Positions 62,901-64,000 of a stretch of 64,000 nt of DNA are shown here, piece after piece. Position 1 is the first letter of the stretch. The number at the start of each line of letters is the position of its first letter. The DNA is taken from NCBI GenBank assembly GCA_025558095.1, contig JAIVFI010000009.1, forward strand, positions 310,001 through 374,000. Reading direction: 5' to 3'. A model generated the notes under the pieces. That model was not told where the DNA came from and did no database searches. It saw only the letters and a list, made by a program, of their open reading frames with translations. The DNA is from Hyaloraphidium curvatum SAG 235-1 (taxonomy: Eukaryota; Fungi; Monoblepharomycota). The translations under genes were made by a program, and so were the position numbers.

Positions 62901-64000
62901 ATGCGGCCGCAGTGGTCGGACGGGCGCAAGCTTCGCAAGTCTGTTGTCTCGCCGCGGGAGCGGCAGGAGCCGAAGGTCCCGGTATCTTCGCCCACGCGCC
63001 GGCAACCTCCGAGCAGCGACAGTGCCGGAGGAGCTGGGCGGACGGAGGTTCTTGGGCCTCAACGGACCGGCTCACGGAACCTGAGGGACTCTGCAAAGTC
63101 GACGTCTTCGGCACGGCCATCGTCCGCAACCATCGTGCTCGATGCTTCGGCCATACTTCGGATCCAGGCTAGCTTTGTCTTCGTTGGCAGGTCACCCCTG
63201 ACTCTGACGGATCTTCGCATCAGGAGGCCGCCACGGTGCTTTCCGAAGACGAGGTCGAGTCCCGTCGCCGTTCGCAACGCGACGAATGGTTCAGGGGCCT
63301 GGAGGAGCAGCAGAGCAAAGCTGGGGAAGAAGGTCGACGGCGGGTTGCCGCAGCACGTGCGCAGTTACAGGAGGAGTGCTCGCACCTCGCCGAAGAACAG
63401 CTACGCGAACGCGAGGCCATCGTGCAGAGAGCCGAGCAGCTTCGCGAGGATGAGATCGACGAGGTCAAGAAAATGAACCAATTGGTCAACTACGCAATTG
63501 TTGCCACCATTCGGAGCCAGCAGATGGAAGAGAGGGTGTGTTCAAGTCCCTCCGAAGGGTCGCACGGCAGCTCACGATAAATCGATGCAGGATTGGCTGC
63601 AGCTTGCGAAAGAAGCCGAGGAAGAAGCCCAAAACAGGGAGCTGGAGCGGGTTCGAATCGAATCGGCGCGGCAGCTGGCGGAAAGGGAAGAGCTTCGCAG
63701 GAAAGGTGAGCGACTTCATGGCTACCGTCGGTGGCCGGATCCGTGCTGAATCGTCACAAGTGCTCCGCGAGGGTGCGACGCTCATCAGGCAGCAAATGGC
63801 GGAAAGGGAGGAACAGAGGCAGGTTGCAAAAGCCCGCCACGACGAGGAGGTCAAGGCCACGGTGGAGCGCATACGGGAGCTGCAGAATCTGGAGCGCGCC
63901 GAGAGGGAAGAACGTCAGCGTGCCCAGCACGCCCTCCTCGAAGAGATATCAAGGATCAATGCGGCTGCGGTCGAGGCCAAGAAGCGGGCTCGCGCCCAGG
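62901..64000 (+). CDS. CFAP45: CFAP45-like (trichohyalin-plectin homology) cilia/flagella coiled-coil protein; runs off window
   Basis: IVLDASAILRIQ|EAATVLSEDE; LREDEIDEVKKMNQLVNYAIVATIRSQQMEE; E/R-rich coiled coil. Confidence 0.7.

Overview
Gene-dense, GC-rich eukaryotic DNA with many short spliceosomal introns. It is most likely from an early-diverging, chytrid-like fungus (inference): fungal-type ADE5,7 and VTC4 occur alongside APH-1, UFL1, TBCK and the axonemal genes calaxin and CFAP45. About 30 housekeeping-type genes are tightly packed, many head-to-head with roughly 75-210 bp between starts. The outstanding feature is a 4.66-kb near-perfect palindrome (26634-31290; two ~2.3-kb arms, 35-bp spacer) inserted in the divergent promoter between calaxin and AP-3 beta. 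Each arm carries an outward-reading serine recombinase gene (YVRKS...DRLGRN, plus PFG and LVIHEPEA motifs like those of large serine recombinases) split by a predicted spliceosomal intron. The element has AT dinucleotides at both junctions and repeated GTGAC-type subterminal motifs. It looks like a eukaryote-adapted serine-recombinase mobile element. Other points: a displaced partial copy of hmgA, a bacterial-type GH110-like beta-helix enzyme, GC-AG introns, and a C-rich to G-rich skew along many exons. All gene models were derived by eye, so exon boundaries are approximate.
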